From assembly GCA_038087875.1 (NCBI GenBank), contig JAXLNO010000674.1, positions 1 to 62,000 on the forward strand: 62,000 nucleotides of DNA, written 5' to 3'. This stretch comes from Malacoraja senta. Its lineage: Eukaryota. The first letter of the stretch is position 1; every line of letters begins with the position of its first letter. A program made the translations under genes and the position numbers. Below, in pieces: positions 1 through 11,900 of the stretch. The notes under the pieces were generated by a model that saw nothing but the letters and a program-made list of their open reading frames with translations, ran no database searches and was not told the DNA's origin.

Positions 1-901
1 GCAAATTTAGGATTGAGGGTGGGGCGGATGGCATTCTTTCGGTAGCAATTGATCTCGCGCATTGCATAGTAGAGCAAGCGCATATTGTTGGTCCTCCGAC
101 AACGGAACTCCATTCACTGAGGTGGCAAAAGCCGTGATGCCTGAACCCAGAAGGCCCAGAATTTTCTGGAGTTTTACCTCCTGGTTCCTTATGCCTCCAC
201 CCAGATTATTCCATATTGAGCTGTTGACAGCTGGCACACTTAAAGATGCACAGTTAATGGGTGTGTGGTGCCTCATGGCCGTGTCCACCATTACTTCGCC
301 TTGAAGCAGGTGTGAAGCCACATAGTTGATATTTGCCGCCAGTTCTTCTTGGAGCGGCTCTCCAGTTTGTGATGGCATCGCAAATTTTGATGCTATGGCG
401 AGTGTCTCTGTTCCTCGCTGCCTGTGCATCTTAGTATGCCCACTGAACATATTGCCGAACTCTGAGTCAGCCCACAGCTGACTATGGATGGCTCCCCTCC
501 TCAGAGATGGAGACATCTAGTAGCCCTGTATCAGGTACTGCCGCGGGCTCTCTCGGAGACCCGCGCTGATATAACCCCGATCTAAGGAGTGCATCATGTT
601 GGAGCATCCTCTCCATGAGGTGCTCCATTCGGTACAGGCGTCCGGCGAAGCTATGCGTAGTGGGAGTTGCACCCTCCTGGCCTGACTCATCTGAGTCTAT
701 AGGCCTCGCAGACTTCTTCTTCGCTTTCCCCACGCTCGGGGTAGCCACGGTGCTCTGCAGAGACACCAAGTCTGCAGTCGCTGGAATTATCATCAGCGGC
801 TGGGGTGGTGAAGTTGACGGCCCGCCGCTTCCCGCAGTCCCGCAGTCTTCTGTAGCGGGTCTCCCCGCAGCCCGTCTTGTCGCGTGACTCCGAAGTAAAA
901 T
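1..901 (-). mobile_element. DIRS1-like retrotransposon 5' portion (frameshifted gag-like ORF1), runs off window edge
   Basis: ORFs 482..925 and 7..516 (KFAMPSQTGEPLQEELAANINY...IWNNLGGGIRNQEVKLQKIL) are homologous to the gag ORFs of the DIRS copies at 35.7-36.8 kb and 40.3-44.7 kb. Ends in the shared terminal motif cgtgactccgaagtaaaat (~883-901). Confidence 0.85.
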
Positions 902-1030
902 GGTGTTTTGTTGGCTCCCTTTCATTTTGGGAGGGGGTCCGTCAGGGGTGCCCTATGTCGGGTCAGTTGTACTCGATCTGTGTAGAGCCGTTCCTGTGTC
1001 TTCTTCGGAGGAGGCTGACAGGCCTGGTCT
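902..1030 (+). mobile_element. Small L1/Tx1-clade LINE RT fragment
   Basis: Translation GVRQGCPMSGQLYSICVEPFLCLLRRRLTG matches the QGCP.SG.LY...EP motif typical of Tx1 RT. Confidence 0.7.
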
Positions 1031-1039
1031 ACCTGGCTA

Positions 1040-2959
1040 CTCTTGTTTCGCCTTCTATATTTGTAACTGCTCTGCATCCAAACCACTGACCCCAGAAATT
1101 TCAGCACTTGTGTAATTTCAATTCTTGTGAGCGTAAACCACTGCTCAAATTACCCATATCAAGTTATTCACTGCTGTAACTGCTACAATTTCCCGGGTCT
1201 CATATTTTTTGATAGTCTCATCCATGGTTAATTCCTGGGGCTGATGGGAGAGTAGATAATTTATAGTCATAGCTATTTCCTCTCTCAAAGGTTCCCCTGT
1301 TACTCTGGGAACAGCAAAGTTTTGTGCCAGCCTTGGAACATTTGTGGCTCTGATAATGGGCTCTGGTCCTCATTTAAATCATCATCTAAATCTAGATATT
1401 CATTTTTATGTTGGGTAATTTCTGGCTCCCCTGTTTCAGGTAAGTCTCTGCCAGATTCCCCTGCGCGGGCTCTCTTGTAGGCCCACGGACAGGCAGCCCT
1501 GCTTCAGGTGCTGCTGGCGCTGGCTCAATTCTAGGCCAACGCTTCATTATTTTTACTCTTTATATTTGTCGGTGCTGGCACATTTATCATTGCACGTTTG
1601 TGCTGCCTTTTGTTCAGGCATTTCTAGTACTGGCTCTCCAATAGGCCAACACATAACTTGCCTTTTTTCTGGCATTTTTGGGCACTGGCTCTCCTGTAGG
1701 CCAACCTCTTTAATGTTTCTGCACAGGCACTGATGGCTCTCCTGTAGGCCACCCTTGTGCCTGTTCCAAGGCACCTCCTGTGCTATACTTCATTGGCCAA
1801 CACCGACTTAAATCCTCCTGTGGGGGTTCTTTACAAATCATCTGCCCCATAAGGAGTTATAAAGTTTTTGACCCTTGCAGTGTAATACTCTTTCCTGCCT
1901 GAGGAGGGCATACCTCCGGGTCTGACTCATCCGAGTCTACAGGTCGGGCCGATTTTTTTTTCTCAGCCTTGCGCCCCGCCGCCGGCGGTTTAACGCACAT
2001 TCGACCACAACGGGAGTTAATGGCTTCGCTGCCACTGATTCCCCTGACTGACGCCCGCTACCCTTAGGACCTGGGGTTTTACTACGGTGCGACCCTGGCC
2101 GCCTCTCCTTCCCATTTCTCCATAATAAACTTGAGTGGAGCTCCACCAAACAAGTCTAAACGGGAAGGAAACGCTCCTGTAAGTGAAACGTAACCCACTT
2201 ACCTTCCGACTTTTGTTTTACTTTTGTTTTACTCACCGACTGGAGGAGCTCCTGCTCCTCCACACACGGTCATGAACGCTATGCGTCTGATCGATAAAGG
2301 CCTGTCTCACGAGTCTGCGGTCTATGGCGGCGAAACGGGAGGAATCTGCCGCCATAGACCGCGCACTCGTGAGAAAGTACAATTCCCGGGCCGTGCGGCG
2401 GCGTTCCCATCACCGCGCGGTGCTAAAATAAAATCGACAATGTCGAAAACACTATACTCACCCTCCACCAGTGATGCACGAGTGCGCACGGCCGCTCGCA
2501 CGGGCCGCCGCCAGTGTGGGTCGAGCGCCGTGCGTCAAACCTCCTCTGCCACAGCCTCCGCCAGTGACGCACGTGCCGCCGCCAGTGAGGCACGTGTGCT
2601 GCGCGGCCGCAGTCACAGCCACCGCTACAGCGCCGCGATCAGGATGGCCGCCGCCACAGCCGCCGCGGGTGAGTCACGTGCGGCGGGCCGACGTCATCGC
2701 AGTCGGCCCGCCCTTTTTTAACTTACCGCAAGCACGTGGGACCCGCCGTGTTTGAATTAACTCGGCCCCCGCGCAACATCCGTGCGGCACTCCGGTGGAT
2801 AGGCTCGACGCTCTCGCCGTTGCCGCGCGGTCCTCGCTACCGGCGACGCCGCGCTTCACCGCCAATGACCGCAAACAGGTAAGACAGAGCCTATAATGAC
2901 GCGTGTGCGGCTGGACGGGGCTTCTTCACGTAGTCACTCACGTGACTCCGAAGTAAAAT
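1040..2959 (-). mobile_element. Second, degenerate DIRS1-like 5' fragment (gag remnant + terminal repeat)
   Basis: Minus-strand translation at ~1090-1335 gives AQNFAVPRVTGEPLREEIAMTINYLLSHQ...SSGLRSQELKLHK, homologous to the other gag ORFs. Terminal motif cttcacgtagtcactcacgtgactccgaagtaaaat at ~2924-2959. Confidence 0.75.
2298..2893. mobile_element. GC-rich PIF/Harbinger-type MITE inserted in the DIRS terminal region
   Basis: Imperfect TIRs aggcctgtctcac ... gtaagacagagcct with TAA on both sides. Removing it restores the leader seen at 44830-44870 (atgcgt...taatgacgcg). Confidence 0.55.
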
Positions 2960-2982
2960 TTCCTTTTCCCCTGACTCTCAGT

Positions 2983-3195
2983 CTGAAAAAGGGTCTCGAT
3001 CCGAAACATCACCTATTGCTTTTCTCCAGAAATGCTGCCTGACTGGCTGAGTTCTCCAGCTTATTGTGTCTATCTTTGGTATAAACCAGCATCTGTAGTT
3101 CCTTTTTCCAGAGATGCTGCCTGACCTGCTGAATTACTCCAGCTTTTTGTGCCTATCTTCTGTTTAAACCAGCATCTGCAGTTCCTTCCTATACC
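2983..3195 (+). repeat. Penelope-derived terminal repeat (degenerate hammerhead core, internally duplicated tail)
   Basis: ctgaaaaagggtctcgatccgaaacatc followed by gatgctgcctga...gagttctccagc...aaaccagcatctg, present twice. Same unit as the Penelope end at 56.6-57.1 kb. Confidence 0.65.
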
Positions 3196-3560
3196 TAACC
3201 ATTTATTTATTTTATTTCTAACTATCTCCGTTCGCTTCTGCATTTGAAACAAACAAAAAACAGCCAGGTCGTCACCGTAGCTCGCTTGCATATTAAAAAA
3301 TCACAGTGGCTTGCGTCAGTGCAGTGCGTGGGACGGGATCCAACAGTGTGGGCTGCAGTTGCGCGATGTCGACCGGCTGCAGGGAACAGCTTGCGAGCAC
3401 CATTATTTGGCCACAGATTCCCTATTTGAACCAATGGGCGCAATAATAACACTGGAAAAAATACTGCATCAAATTTACTGCTATCAGAGTGCAAGTTTTG
3501 GTTGTCCGGAATATGAATAGCTGGAGGGCTAATGGATATTGAATGTATTTCTTTCTCCTT

Positions 3561-3588
3561 CTGAAGAAGGGTCTCGACCCGAAACGTC
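3561..3588 (+). ncRNA. Minimal hammerhead ribozyme core (Penelope-type)
   Basis: CTGAAGA-A-GGGT(CTCG)ACCC-GAAA-CGTC: CUGAnGA box, 4-bp stem II with tetraloop, GAAA box, palindromic ACGT and GUC triplet. Confidence 0.6.
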
Positions 3589-5696
3589 ACTTATTCCTCT
3601 TCTCCAGAGATGCTGCCTGACCCGCTGAGTTACACCATTTTTTTGTGTCTATCTTCGGTATAAACCAGTATGCAGTATCAAGCCGGGCAAAATGACACGG
3701 CTTTTAGGTTGCCCGGCGGGACTTTAGGTGGCCATTGGCAACTGGGCAATCATTAATTTCGAGCCCTGCTGTATGTTTTATCTTTGGTGTGCTAGTTGTA
3801 AATGTGCGCTGCATCTGCTAAATTATTTAGTTTTTATGTATCCTGCTACCAGATCTTTAATTTAAGTCCACAGTCTAGCATTTCCCTAATCCTGATGCCA
3901 GCCTAACTGATCTGCAGTTCCTCATTTTCTATCTCCCTCTCTCCAGAAATAGTGAGGTGTCATTTGCTCTCTTCCAATTTGTGTGAACCATTCTGCAACC
4001 TACGGAATTTTGGAAGACGATGAACAGTGCGCCTGCCTGAAAGGCACGGACACCATCTTCTGTCACCAACTTTACGATTCCTTGAAACTGGCAAGACGTC
4101 TGATTCACACAACACAGTGGAAACCTGGAGCGCTCACTCCAAAAGGCTTTTTGGATGCTATGGGTCAGTTGGTACTTTCACTGCCATGTTAGATAGGAAT
4201 TTTGGTGGGAGGGTTAATGAGGGATTCGGAGCAAATGTGCATAAATTAATCTGAGCACAGGCCTTCCCTGACTAACAAATGGATTCCATTTGTACAGATG
4301 TTGATTTTGTACATGTCAGAAAATAGACAAAAATCACTCTGTTTACCATTTTGTAATGAATGGCATTAAAAAACACATAATGCTGACAAGAAGAAACAAT
4401 TGTTAAAAGAGACAAAACTAGTTCTGACGTTCCTAGAAATGAACGTATGTATGTACATCGGACTTTTGAATTTAATATTGGAGCTTTTCTGCATGTATGG
4501 GTTTCTCGTAAGTGGGGCATTTGTTACTCTAGGACGGCCTGTGTACTGCTCTGTCATTGTCTAATTGAATGTCAAGAAAAATATTTGAGGAACTGAATTG
4601 ATTATGCTTATAGCTTTGAAGAGGGATGTTGTGCAGATCATCTAATTGAGGTATAGAAAAGTATTTATGGCACGGAATATAATTTAATATTCAGGAGGGA
4701 GGGACGGAATGCTGAGGCACAAGAAATTTGCCATATGCTTGTTTAGTTTCTGTAATGAAGAATGAATTGTAATCTGGCAAGCAAAGTCATTAATGGATTG
4801 TCTCGCGATTCCCAGGCATACTTTACACATGCCTGGCTATTTCACGTAATAGATCAAAAGTATTGCCTTTGATTTTTTTCACCAAATTAGTATCCCTTGG
4901 TTGGAAACCTTTATGCCTGGCAAGAACCGTATGTATCTTACTGATCTATGAACTCTCCTTTTAACCTTCTCTAAGCACGACAATCCCACTTTCTTTAGAT
5001 TTTTCATGGAAGTGAAACCTTTCATCTTGATACCATTCTTGCTTTTGGATGCAGTCAAGCAGACTTGTGTAGAAGAGATTTGTAAAAACGTAGCATACCT
5101 TGCTTTTATACTTTGCTTCTCTGTTCCAAAGGTTCGGTGTTCCTTTTTTAAACTGACTACTCAACCAACTTGTTCTGCAATTGTTAAAAATTGCCTTTGT
5201 GCATCTGCAGCGGTCTCTGTCCCAACATCCCCCATAAAATTGTACAATTAGTTTACATGGAATTCTAGAGGTGAGAGCTGGGTTACTGTTCCTTATCCGT
5301 TGCTAAGGTAGCACACCGTGCAGTGTAGCATTGATTCCACTGATGAGGGGATGTGGAATGCTTGGTTTTAGGTACTGGTCATTCCAACCAATGACAGGAC
5401 TCAGACACAAGTCGTAGACAACTCTAGACCGTCATTAGAACATTGGACATTAAAAACTACTGTAGAATTGCATGTAAACATGGGTGACAAACTGCATTAA
5501 TATTTCCCATGATTACAAGCATCTGATAATACCACAAAATACTCCTGCCAGAAGTATGCAAATCACTTTTGCTTTAATTAAACTATTAATCCCGTTACAA
5601 ATTGCCTTACTTGCAAAGCCTAGATGTTTTTGTGTCACCGTCAGAGTGGTAAATGTGACTTGTATCCTTCATGAGTAATCGATTTAAAATGCATTT

Positions 5697-6310
5697 ACAA
5701 GTTCATAAGTCATTCGAGTTTATTTAACCATTCGCCCCATTGAGTCTACTCCGCCATTTAATCATGGCTCATCTATCTTTCCTTCTCGACCCCATTCTCC
5801 TACTTTCTCCCATAACCTTTGACACCCTTCCTAATCAAGAACGTCAATCTCTACTTTAAGTATACCTCATGACATGGCCTCCACAGCCACCCGTGGCAAT
5901 GAATTCCACAGATTCACCACTCTCTGACTGAAGAAACTCATCCTCATCTTTCTATAGGTATGTCCTTTTATTCCGAGGCTGTGCCCTGTGGTCCGATACG
6001 CTCCCACTAGTGGAAACATCCTCTCCACATCCACCCTATCCAGGCCTATCATTATTCTGTAAGTTTCAATGAGGTCCTCTCTCGTCCTTCCAAACTCCAG
6101 TGAGTACAGGTCTTGAGTGGTCAAACGTTCATACGTTAACCCAATCGTCCCCGGGATCATTCACGTAAACCACCTCTGGATGTCGGCACAGCCAGCCCCC
6201 ACCTCAGATGTAGGCCGAAAACTGCTCACAATACTCCAAATGCAGTCTGACCAGTGCCTTCTAAAGCCACAGCATTACATCCCTGTTTTTATATTCTAAT
6301 TCTCTCGAAA
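5697..6310 (-). mobile_element. CR1 (HER1-like) LINE 3' fragment
   Basis: ORF 5867..6160 (LYSLEF...DLIETY...FFSQRVVNLWNSLP) is the CR1 ORF2 C-terminus; the 3' UTR matches other CR1 copies in the window. Confidence 0.85.
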
Positions 6311-7010
6311 TAAATGCTTTTAGATCACTTGCCAGGCTTTGTTTTCTCCCCCTCGCCCCCCCCCCCTGGACAAGCCTGTCGGACACCTGCTTCACACTTT
6401 TGTTCTGCCTCCACAATCAGCAATTCTGAAAAACTGCAACTCTTCCCACCGGTTTTTTAAAACTTTTTCTTGTTAAAAAGCAGACTCTTACTTCCAGTAA
6501 GATGGCTCTTCTTCCTCTGGCTTCAGTTTTTGCAGTAGAAATAATCCCAATGATCCTCTGCTTCCATTGTATTTGATACTCCCACATTCTGGCCAGGAAC
6601 ACCATCCAGACCTGTGCTTTCTGCGGATTCACTCTCAGGAAGACTGATCTTGCATCTCCCAAAGTAACTGCAAGTGCATCCAACACTAGATGGATTAGTT
6701 CAAATTACTCAGCATCATATCTGGTAAAATGCTTATGACAATCGTGATTGAATTGTTGTTGGAGAAATTAGTTAATTCATGTTACTGTCTTAATTAATCC
6801 TCCCAATCGGAACAACAACTCAACCACAAGTGATCATCATTTTTATACACCTTTGGTTTTGTATATTAACTCCTGAATGTTCCTGATCCTATACCCACCT
6901 TTCTCAGCTGTGGTATTTTCACAATTGTTTATTGGTTCTTACAAATCATTTCTCAATGCTATTTGCTTTTAAGAATAAAGTCTTCCCTGGGTGCCACACT
7001 TTACCTACAT

Positions 7011-8533
7011 ACTTGTGCAACCACTACTTAAGAAACCTGGCCTGGACCAAACTGTTCTGGCCAATTTTAGGCCGATCTCCAAGCTGCCATTTATCTCGAA
7101 AATCATGGAGAAAGTAGTTTATGCCCAGCTGAAACTCTTCCTGGACGAGCGCAATATTCGGGAGGTTTTCCAGTCTGGATTCAAAGCTCTGCATAGCACA
7201 GAGTCAGCTCTGCTAAGGGTTTTTAACGACATCCTCCTGGCGAAGGACTCTGGTAACTATGTGGTTCTTGTCTTGCTGGACCTATCTGCCGCCTTCGATA
7301 CAGTGGACCATGGAATTTTAATTTCCCGATTACAGCACCAAGTGGGCATCTGTGGCAGTGCCCTGGGATAGTTCAGGTCCTATCTGGCAAACAGAACCAT
7401 GCGTGTAAGCCTTGCTGGCTTTGAATCCTCCTCCGCTCCCTTGGCATATCGGGTTCCACAGGGCTCAATTTTAGGGCCCCTGCTCTTCTCTCTATACCTA
7501 CTTCCTCCGGGCTCAATTTTAAGAAGGCATGGCATCTCCTTTCACTTTTACGCAGATGATAGCCAGTTATATATGCCGCTCAGGAAGGAAGACGACTATT
7601 CTCTAAAATCACTTCTGTCTTGTCTTGAGGACATTAAATCCTGGATGGCCTTAAACTTTCTGGGACTTAATGAAAACAAGACAGAGGTGATTTTGTTTGG
7701 CCCCAATGGCTGCCGTGAACCTCCCTTTGTTGACTTGGGTCCACTGGCATTGTCCGTAAAGCCAACAGTTTTAAACCTGGGTTTTAGGATGGACGGTGAA
7801 TTTAAACTAGATAAACAAATAGGCGCGGTGGTTAAGTCCAGCTTCTTTCACCTAAGGAAGCTGGCAAAGGTGAAGGCCATTCTCGAGCGGCAGCATTTTG
7901 AAACAGTAATCCATGCCTTTATTACATATAGGCTGGATTACTGTAACGCACTCTACTCTGGAGTCGCACGAGCTTCATTGGCTCCTCTCCAGCTGGTCCA
8001 AAATGCTGCCGCTCGCCTTTTAACCGGAACTCGAAAGAGGGAGCACATTACGCCAATTTTGGCCTCCCTTCACTGGCTCCCAGTGCACTTTCGAGTTCAT
8101 TTTAAAATGATTTAATTTGTTTTAAAATCTTTGAATGGGCTCGCCCCGCCTTACCTCTCTGAGCTGCTCCACATATCTGCTCCTGGAGGTACCGAGGTCT
8201 AAGCGGAAGCACAGAGGGGATAGAGCCTTCTCTGTTGCTGCTCCGGCACTCTGGAACACCTTGCCGTTGTACATCAGACAGGCCCCCTCACTGTCCATCT
8301 TCAAATCCACCTTAAAAACTCACTTTTATTCTCTGGCTTTCGACACTGGCTGAGACATTGCTCCTGTTTTAAGTGCTTTTAATGTCTTTTAATTTTCACT
8401 GTTTTATAGTCCTTCGTTTTACTGTTTGTAATGGTTTGTAATAACTTCTTGTCCATGAGTTCTCATGTACAGCACTTTGTGGCAACTGCAGTTGTATAAA
8501 ATGCTTTATAAATAAAGTTATTATTATTATTAC
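7011..8533 (+). mobile_element. L2-clade LINE, 5'-truncated (RT to 3' tail), with stops/frameshifts
   Basis: PLLKKPGLD...NFRPISKLPFISK, LLDLSAAFDTVDH, VPQGSILGPLLF, HFYADDSQLY, LQLVQNAAARLL, LHWLPV, RAFSVAAP.LWN.LP. Ends ataaataaag(ttat)n at ~8510-8533. Confidence 0.92.
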
Positions 8534-9102
8534 TAGAGTGAACTTCGAAAGGCATCGTCCCACGAAAGAGAGAGCACCTGCCTCGTAGTACATGTGATAA
8601 TGTCCTGTTGACTTCTTGACCGGCAAGTGAGTTATAAAAGCTAGTCCTTGCACAATGTAGGTGTGGGGAAAGAATATCTATCTTGTTTCAGTGGAATGCA
8701 AAACAGGTGGGCTGCTTTGAATAATGATCTCAACTGTGGGAATGCTGTTGGAGATGCATTAATTGATGCAAATGGATAGAATCCTATCAAGCTCCTGCCT
8801 TGCATCTGGTTGAAAACTTTGGGACATGAGTAGATGGGTTACTACAATCCATGACCAGCTCTTGTAGCCACAGTAATTGTGTTTGATCTAGTTGAGTTCT
8901 GGCCAGTGACGACCCCAGAATGTTGGTGTGACTTGGCAATGCTAATGCGAATGAACATCATCTGTATGCGGTTCTATTCTCCATTTTTGGAGCTGATCTT
9001 TGATTCTTCTGTGTATGAATGTTACTTGCCACGGTTTAGTCTACGCTGAATGTCGTCCAGATTCAGCTGAATGCTGGACATGAACTATTTAATTGTCTAA
9101 AG

Positions 9103-9347
9103 ATTATAGAGTGATACAGTGTGGAAACAGGCCCTTCTGCCCAACTTGCTCACACCAGCCAACATGTCCCAGCTACATTAGTCCCACCTGCCTGTGTTTG
9201 GTCCATATCCCTCCACATCAGTCCTATCCATGTACCTGTCTAACTGTTTCTTAAATGTTGGGATAGTCCCAGTCTCAACTACCTCTTCTGGCAGCTCGTT
9301 GCATACACCCATCACCCTTTGTGTGATAAAGTTACCCCTCAGATTCC
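9103..9347 (-). mobile_element. CR1/HER1 3' tail fragment
   Basis: ORF 9178..9423 NLRGNFITQRVMGVCNELPEEVVE..FKKQLDRYMD. Confidence 0.75.
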
Positions 9348-9443
9348 TAGGAGAGTGACACCACATTTTAGGAGGCACATACCACATTTTCTCCCTTGAT
9401 AATAATTTGACAGTAACTTGCATTTTGTGGACTGTTAAATAAA

Positions 9444-9733
9444 GGTGGCACGTGGGTGTAGCGTTAGAGCTACTGCCTTACCGCGCCAGAGACCTGGGTT
9501 CGATCCTGACTACGGATGCTTGTCCATACGGAGTTTGTACCTTTTCCCCATGACCTGCGTGGGTTTTCTCCTAGATCTTCGGTTTCCTCCCACACTCCAA
9601 AGATGTACATGTTTGTAGGTTAGCTGGCATGGTATAAATGTAAAAATTGTACCTAGTGTGTTGATGTTCAGGGATTGCTGGCTTGTGGGGCGAAGGGCCT
9701 GTTTCTGTGCTGTATCTCTAAACTAAACTAAAC
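9444..9733 (+). mobile_element. tRNA-derived HE1/V-SINE-type SINE
   Basis: tRNA-like head with B-box gggttcgatcc, V-domain-like core (gggttttctcc...cggtttcctcccacactccaaaga), CR1-type tail gaagggcctgtttc..gctgtatct(ctaaa)n. Confidence 0.85.
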
Positions 9734-9897
9734 TCTGCACAAGGAAGTCTATTGTGTTTGTGTGTGAAAGGTTTCAGATTTGTAGCAAGTAAATTAAAAT
9801 CGTTTTTAATGTTCAAATTAATGCTGACAACACTCAATCAGATATTCTCTCTCTCTTTTGTACGCTGACTCAGCACCACCGGTGATTCAACAGAACA

Positions 9898-10350
9898 GTT
9901 TTTTTAACCAAAAATAATTTAATTATTTACAATAATATGTACAGTACAAAATAAATCAAATCAAAACCCACCACCATAATACAGGTCAAACAAATATACT
10001 GAATATACTACTATACAACTATCACCATCCTTATTGAGGGTGCTTTCCTCCTCCTGTGGTGCTCAGTGGTCCCGGAAATCCCCCAGGGAGCCCGTGGACA
10101 ACGTGTAGTCCCTTTCTAAAACTAACCGGGCATGGACGTGATGCCGGAAAAGGGGCAGCTAGCAGGCTCGGGTAGAGCCCTCTTCCGCCTGGTCCTGGGC
10201 CTTGTGGATGGCCAGCTTGACCAGGCCTATGAACAACCCAACTAGGACATCTTCGGCCTCACGCACAGTTTGTCCAAAGATGAGGATGGTGGGTGTGAAG
10301 TGCAGCCAGAAGGCAAGGAGCAGCCCCTTTCGGTATTGGAACCCCCCAGC
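9898..10350 (-). mobile_element. Tx1-clade LINE 3' end
   Basis: Minus translation KGLLLAFWLHFTPTILIFG...VLVGLFIGLVKLAIHK (Tx1 ORF2 C-terminus); T-run at ~9898 corresponds to the A tail. Confidence 0.7.
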
Positions 10351-10569
10351 GGCGCTGTCCTTTTACGACCACTTCCCACTTTACAGCCGCTTCCCATCAG
10401 CTGCCAGCAATGAGGGATAGACTTGGCTATCCCTCAGTACAGCAACATCGTTCTTGATGTTGCTGTGCTGAGGAACAGCCAAGTCTATCTTTCTTGGCTA
10501 ACAACCTAACCTTCAGCCTGCAGGTAAATTGTCGTGCCTTATATTTGGGTAAACAATAGCGTCTTCATT

Positions 10570-11005
10570 GCCGGAAATACGGTATTTAAAAACATAAAGC
10601 TCAAAGAAATCTACTTACCACATTATTTGTACACTAACTACGTTCTTCTCTCTTTGTTTCATAAGATACTCTTAAGATAAGGACGATCCATGTTTGAAAA
10701 ACCCGCCAAGAAACTTGCGCTGCGCATGCGCAGACCACTGTGTAAAGGCAGAATTTCAGCTAGATTCAGCTCCCCTTGTCATTGAAGGTTGAAGCAGCGT
10801 CGACGGCACGTGAGCTGCACATACTTTCACGTATTACATGTACTGCGGATGAAAGGCATGGGAGAATTATGCCTATGTAAGAGATCGATCTCATAGGTAG
10901 GCATAATTCTCCCGTGCCTTTACTATTTATATTTAATAATAACCATTTTATAATTTTAGTCAGGGTAGGCAGTGCCTACCTTGCCTACCCTGATGGCACG
11001 TGCCT
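10570..11005. mobile_element. End of a non-autonomous DNA transposon (hAT-like terminus) with internal 70-bp palindrome
   Basis: Terminal ...ggtaggcagtgcctaccttgcctaccctgatggcacgtgcct; palindrome at 10852-10921. A diverged inverted copy lies at ~19270-19705. Confidence 0.55.
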
Positions 11006-11900
11006 ATCAGGGACAGGCCTAACAAAAGTCCACTCAGTACTTTGTCCTGCAGCAACTCCGATGCTCGACAAGAAGCGGATGACACTGATGGAGCTTCATC
11101 TCTGGCTCGTTGCTGTTCCGGCTCAGTCCCATCTATGGTAGCATCAAGCCATCTTTTCTTCTGTGCTGCTGAAGAGAAGTTAACTTTGCTGACAGGCGCA
11201 GCTTTAACCTGCTTTCTCGTTGCCTCCATCCAATATGCTTTGACCTGGGTGACTGTTGTCTTCTCACTAATCCGTACTCCAGTGTCAATACCAAAGAGAA
11301 CCGTCACTACATGGGTACAAACTACTCCGAGCCCTGCCTTGCAATCACAGTGGGCACAGTATATCTGGCCATTTGTCCCAATAACCCACGGCATCAATGG
11401 CTTAGAATTCACGCTGACAGCTTGTGAGTGCAGAACCTGTGGTACGAGGATAATTGAAAAGAAAAAGAAAAAGTGTTAAAATAGCTTCCAATAAGTAATA
11501 GCATAAATAACATAAGTAAGTAATAGCATAATGATAGAAAACTTACTTTTCCACACACCACTTGTAAGTCTGGAGAATTATTTGCGATGTATACACTAGT
11601 GTCATGTAACCAACCATTAGCAAACTGATTGTAAGCCTCAGATGACTTGTTGGCCTGAAAATTCTTTGCTGTGTATGGACGGAGCGTTGAGATGAGGTAG
11701 GCCATGATGTCCATGGAATTAAGTTCTGGCAGTTGGGAGATGTCATGGGATCTCTCAGCTTCAGGCACTAAATAATGATCAATACCATTCAAGGAGACTT
11801 TTTGGACATATTATTCGTACTCAGCTGCAAGATTTGAGGCATACTGCGACAATTGAACGCATACGGGGGCAGAGGACGGGCTCGCTACACTGTAAGCCAT
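11006..11900 (-). pseudogene. Transposon-borne SWIM zinc-finger gene (ISL2EU/Kolobok-type accessory gene), two exons, truncated
   Basis: Exon 1 (~11900-11547): MAYSV...YVQKVSLNGIDHYL...LPELNSMDIMAYL...KSSEAYNQFANGWL...VCGK. GT-AG intron 11546-11437. Exon 2: VLHSQ...KPLMPWVI...YCAHCDCKAGLGVVCTHV (CxC...CxH SWIM)...TVTQVKAYWM. Confidence 0.7.

Noticed and set aside
1040..1340. Possible retroviral gag belonging to the foamy-like element
   Set aside because: Translation aligns to the DIRS gag ORFs in this window instead.
2224..2874. Ala/Arg-rich ORFs (also 39456-39905, 53703-54137, 55128-55631)
   Set aside because: They lie in GC-rich non-autonomous elements, show no recognisable domain and are open on several frames.
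9444..9520. tRNA genes
   Set aside because: The tRNA-like A/B boxes are SINE heads followed by V-domain and LINE tails, not complete cloverleaf genes.
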